DNA of 7,318 nucleotides from a virus (Duplodnaviria; Heunggongvirae; Uroviricota; Caudoviricetes): IMG/VR virus record IMGVR_UViG_2531839446_000012, positions 1 to 7,318 of that record; one strand, 5' to 3'. Shown piece by piece: positions 6,292 to 7,318 of this stretch (position 1 is its first letter; each line of letters starts with the position of its first letter). The notes under the pieces were generated by a model. It saw only the letters and a program-made list of their open reading frames with translations, ran no database searches and was not told where the DNA came from. The position numbers and the translations under genes were made by a program.

Positions 6292-6312
6292 AAAAAAACC
6301 ACCTTCCGGTGG
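6292..6312 (-). terminator. Weak intrinsic terminator (minus strand) about 100 nt downstream of Q; tR'-like position
   Basis: Minus-strand RNA CCACC-GGAA-GGUGG (5-bp GC stem, GNRA loop) followed by U7 (reverse complement of A7 at 6292-6298). Confidence 0.4.
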
Positions 6313-6409
6313 CTTCCTTGTGCGAAAAAACTTGCATTTCGCCTCGCGATACAGCTTTGCGAAGCTTACAGGAATTCAAGCTGTTTCTGCGTAAAAAAGC
6401 AAGCTTTTT

Positions 6410-6952
6410 TTATCGAAATGAATCGTGCATAGGTACATAAAGCATGTGTTCAGCCACGGCTAACCAACCTGCAATACGTTTCTCACATGTGCTGAAACAC
6501 CATTCCGGGTGAGTACGATTTAAACATTCTGCCATTTTTCTCTTACTCATTCCCCGTCCTTCGTACCTTTGCCGGAGAATATTGATTAGCCCGGGATATT
6601 CCCCAAGCACCTCACTGATAACGCGATCAATAATCAACGCCTCTGTGTCTGTACAATGTGACAACCAGCTCTTCTGCTTCCCTCTGGTCATATCCCGAAA
6701 AAATGCCTTAAGTTCCGGTTTTTCCAGCCCGGATTTCTTCATGCTGCGTAAAACCTCATTAACTGCTGTTTTCGTCAGCTTTTTCGAAACCAGTAACCGG
6801 TTAAACATATTTCCGGATTTACCCCCACCGATATACGACCACCGCCCCCACATCCGTAATTTCCCCTGGATCCAGACTGCTTCCAGCGTGTTCAGGCGTA
6901 AATGTTCGCCGCTTTTGCCTGTAATTTCCGGATATATCATATTTACGCTCAC
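6410..6952 (-). CDS. Putative late-gene antitermination protein Q (Phage_antitermQ-like)
   Basis: Intact 180-aa ORF overlapping rusA by 4 nt (ATGA coupling). Sits between rusA and a terminator/late-gene region; has a WGRW motif recalling the RWGAW of QuuD-type Q proteins and a Cys/His cluster (HCTDTE...CLNRTHPEWCFSTCEKR). Family assignment is from memory, not a search. Confidence 0.55.
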   Translation of the reverse strand: MSVNMIYPEITGKSGEHLRLNTLEAVWIQGKLRMWGRWSYIGGGKSGNMFNRLLVSKKLTKTAVNEVLRSMKKSGLEKPELKAFFRDMTRGKQKSWLSHCTDTEALIIDRVISEVLGEYPGLINILRQRYEGRGMSKRKMAECLNRTHPEWCFSTCEKRIAGWLAVAEHMLYVPMHDSFR

Positions 6953-7308
6953 TCACTCTCAATTTTGTAAATCTTCACACCCAGCCGTCCACCAGATACT
7001 GGCTGACCACGTACAATATTGATTTCATCAAACTGCTCATCGTCCATTAGCACCCCCGCATGCGTCAGCGCATCCAGCGGCGCTTTCAGAATATTGTCCA
7101 GGTCACGGCGGCGCTTATCCGGTGGCTCGGCAATAATCTTTATCGCCAGCCTTCCGGACAGGTTTAATTTCAGCCGCTGCTGGCGAACAATAAGTGCCAC
7201 ATCCCGGCGATAACGCTCACCGGCTTTTGATACAAAATATGTGCTGCCACGACGTCGCCAGTAGGTGTTCACCGTCGGCGGGTAAGGCAAAACAAACTCT
7301 ATACGCAT
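6949..7308 (-). CDS. rusA: Holliday-junction resolvase RusA (crossover junction endodeoxyribonuclease)
   Basis: 119-aa ORF; LPYPPTVNTYWRRR and PDKRRRDLDNILKAPLDALTHAGVLMDDEQ align with E. coli RusA as recalled (PDRRRRDLDN, catalytic Asp cluster). GAGG SD upstream of the ATG at 7308. Confidence 0.9.
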   Translation of the reverse strand: MRIEFVLPYPPTVNTYWRRRGSTYFVSKAGERYRRDVALIVRQQRLKLNLSGRLAIKIIAEPPDKRRRDLDNILKAPLDALTHAGVLMDDEQFDEINIVRGQPVSGGRLGVKIYKIESE

Positions 7309-7318
7309 CAGTAACCTC

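Noticed and set aside
6582-7213. Plus-strand ORFs 6582-7022 and 7019-7213
   Set aside because: Antisense to the Q-like gene and rusA; Ser/Arg-rich, no homology features.
1-7318. CRISPR array, restriction endonuclease partner for the MTase, or toxin-antitoxin pair
   Set aside because: No spaced direct-repeat array, no endonuclease-like ORF beside the MTase, and no convincing adjacent small-ORF pair with toxin/antitoxin features; the only two-gene candidate is the TerB-like/membrane pair, reported as a finding.

Overview
This window reads as a lambdoid (Stx-phage-like) prophage late-regulatory segment from an E. coli-like enterobacterial genome, with the phage genes on the minus strand and a plus-strand IS inserted at the low-coordinate end. 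Order along the minus strand (high to low coordinates): rusA (6949-7308) -> Q-like antiterminator (6410-6952) -> weak tR'-like terminator -> small winged-HTH ORF (5971-6168) -> strong terminator -> hairpin-rich leader -> orphan N6-adenine DNA methyltransferase, frameshifted as given (4770-5820) -> tRNA-Ile(CAU) and tRNA-Arg(UCU) -> terminator -> TerB-like gene with two lesions (3866-4298) coupled to a 55-aa membrane ORF -> terminator -> intact NanS-p-type sialate O-acetylesterase (1537-3387). An IS2-like IS3-family element (about 86-1420) follows, flanked by a perfect 16-bp direct repeat. No Shiga toxin genes, CRISPR array or recognisable defence system is present. The best candidates for something undescribed are the small wHTH ORF insulated between two terminators just downstream of Q, and the TerB-like/membrane pair sitting where Stx phages carry stx. 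All calls rest on reading the sequence and on recalled family motifs; no database search was run.
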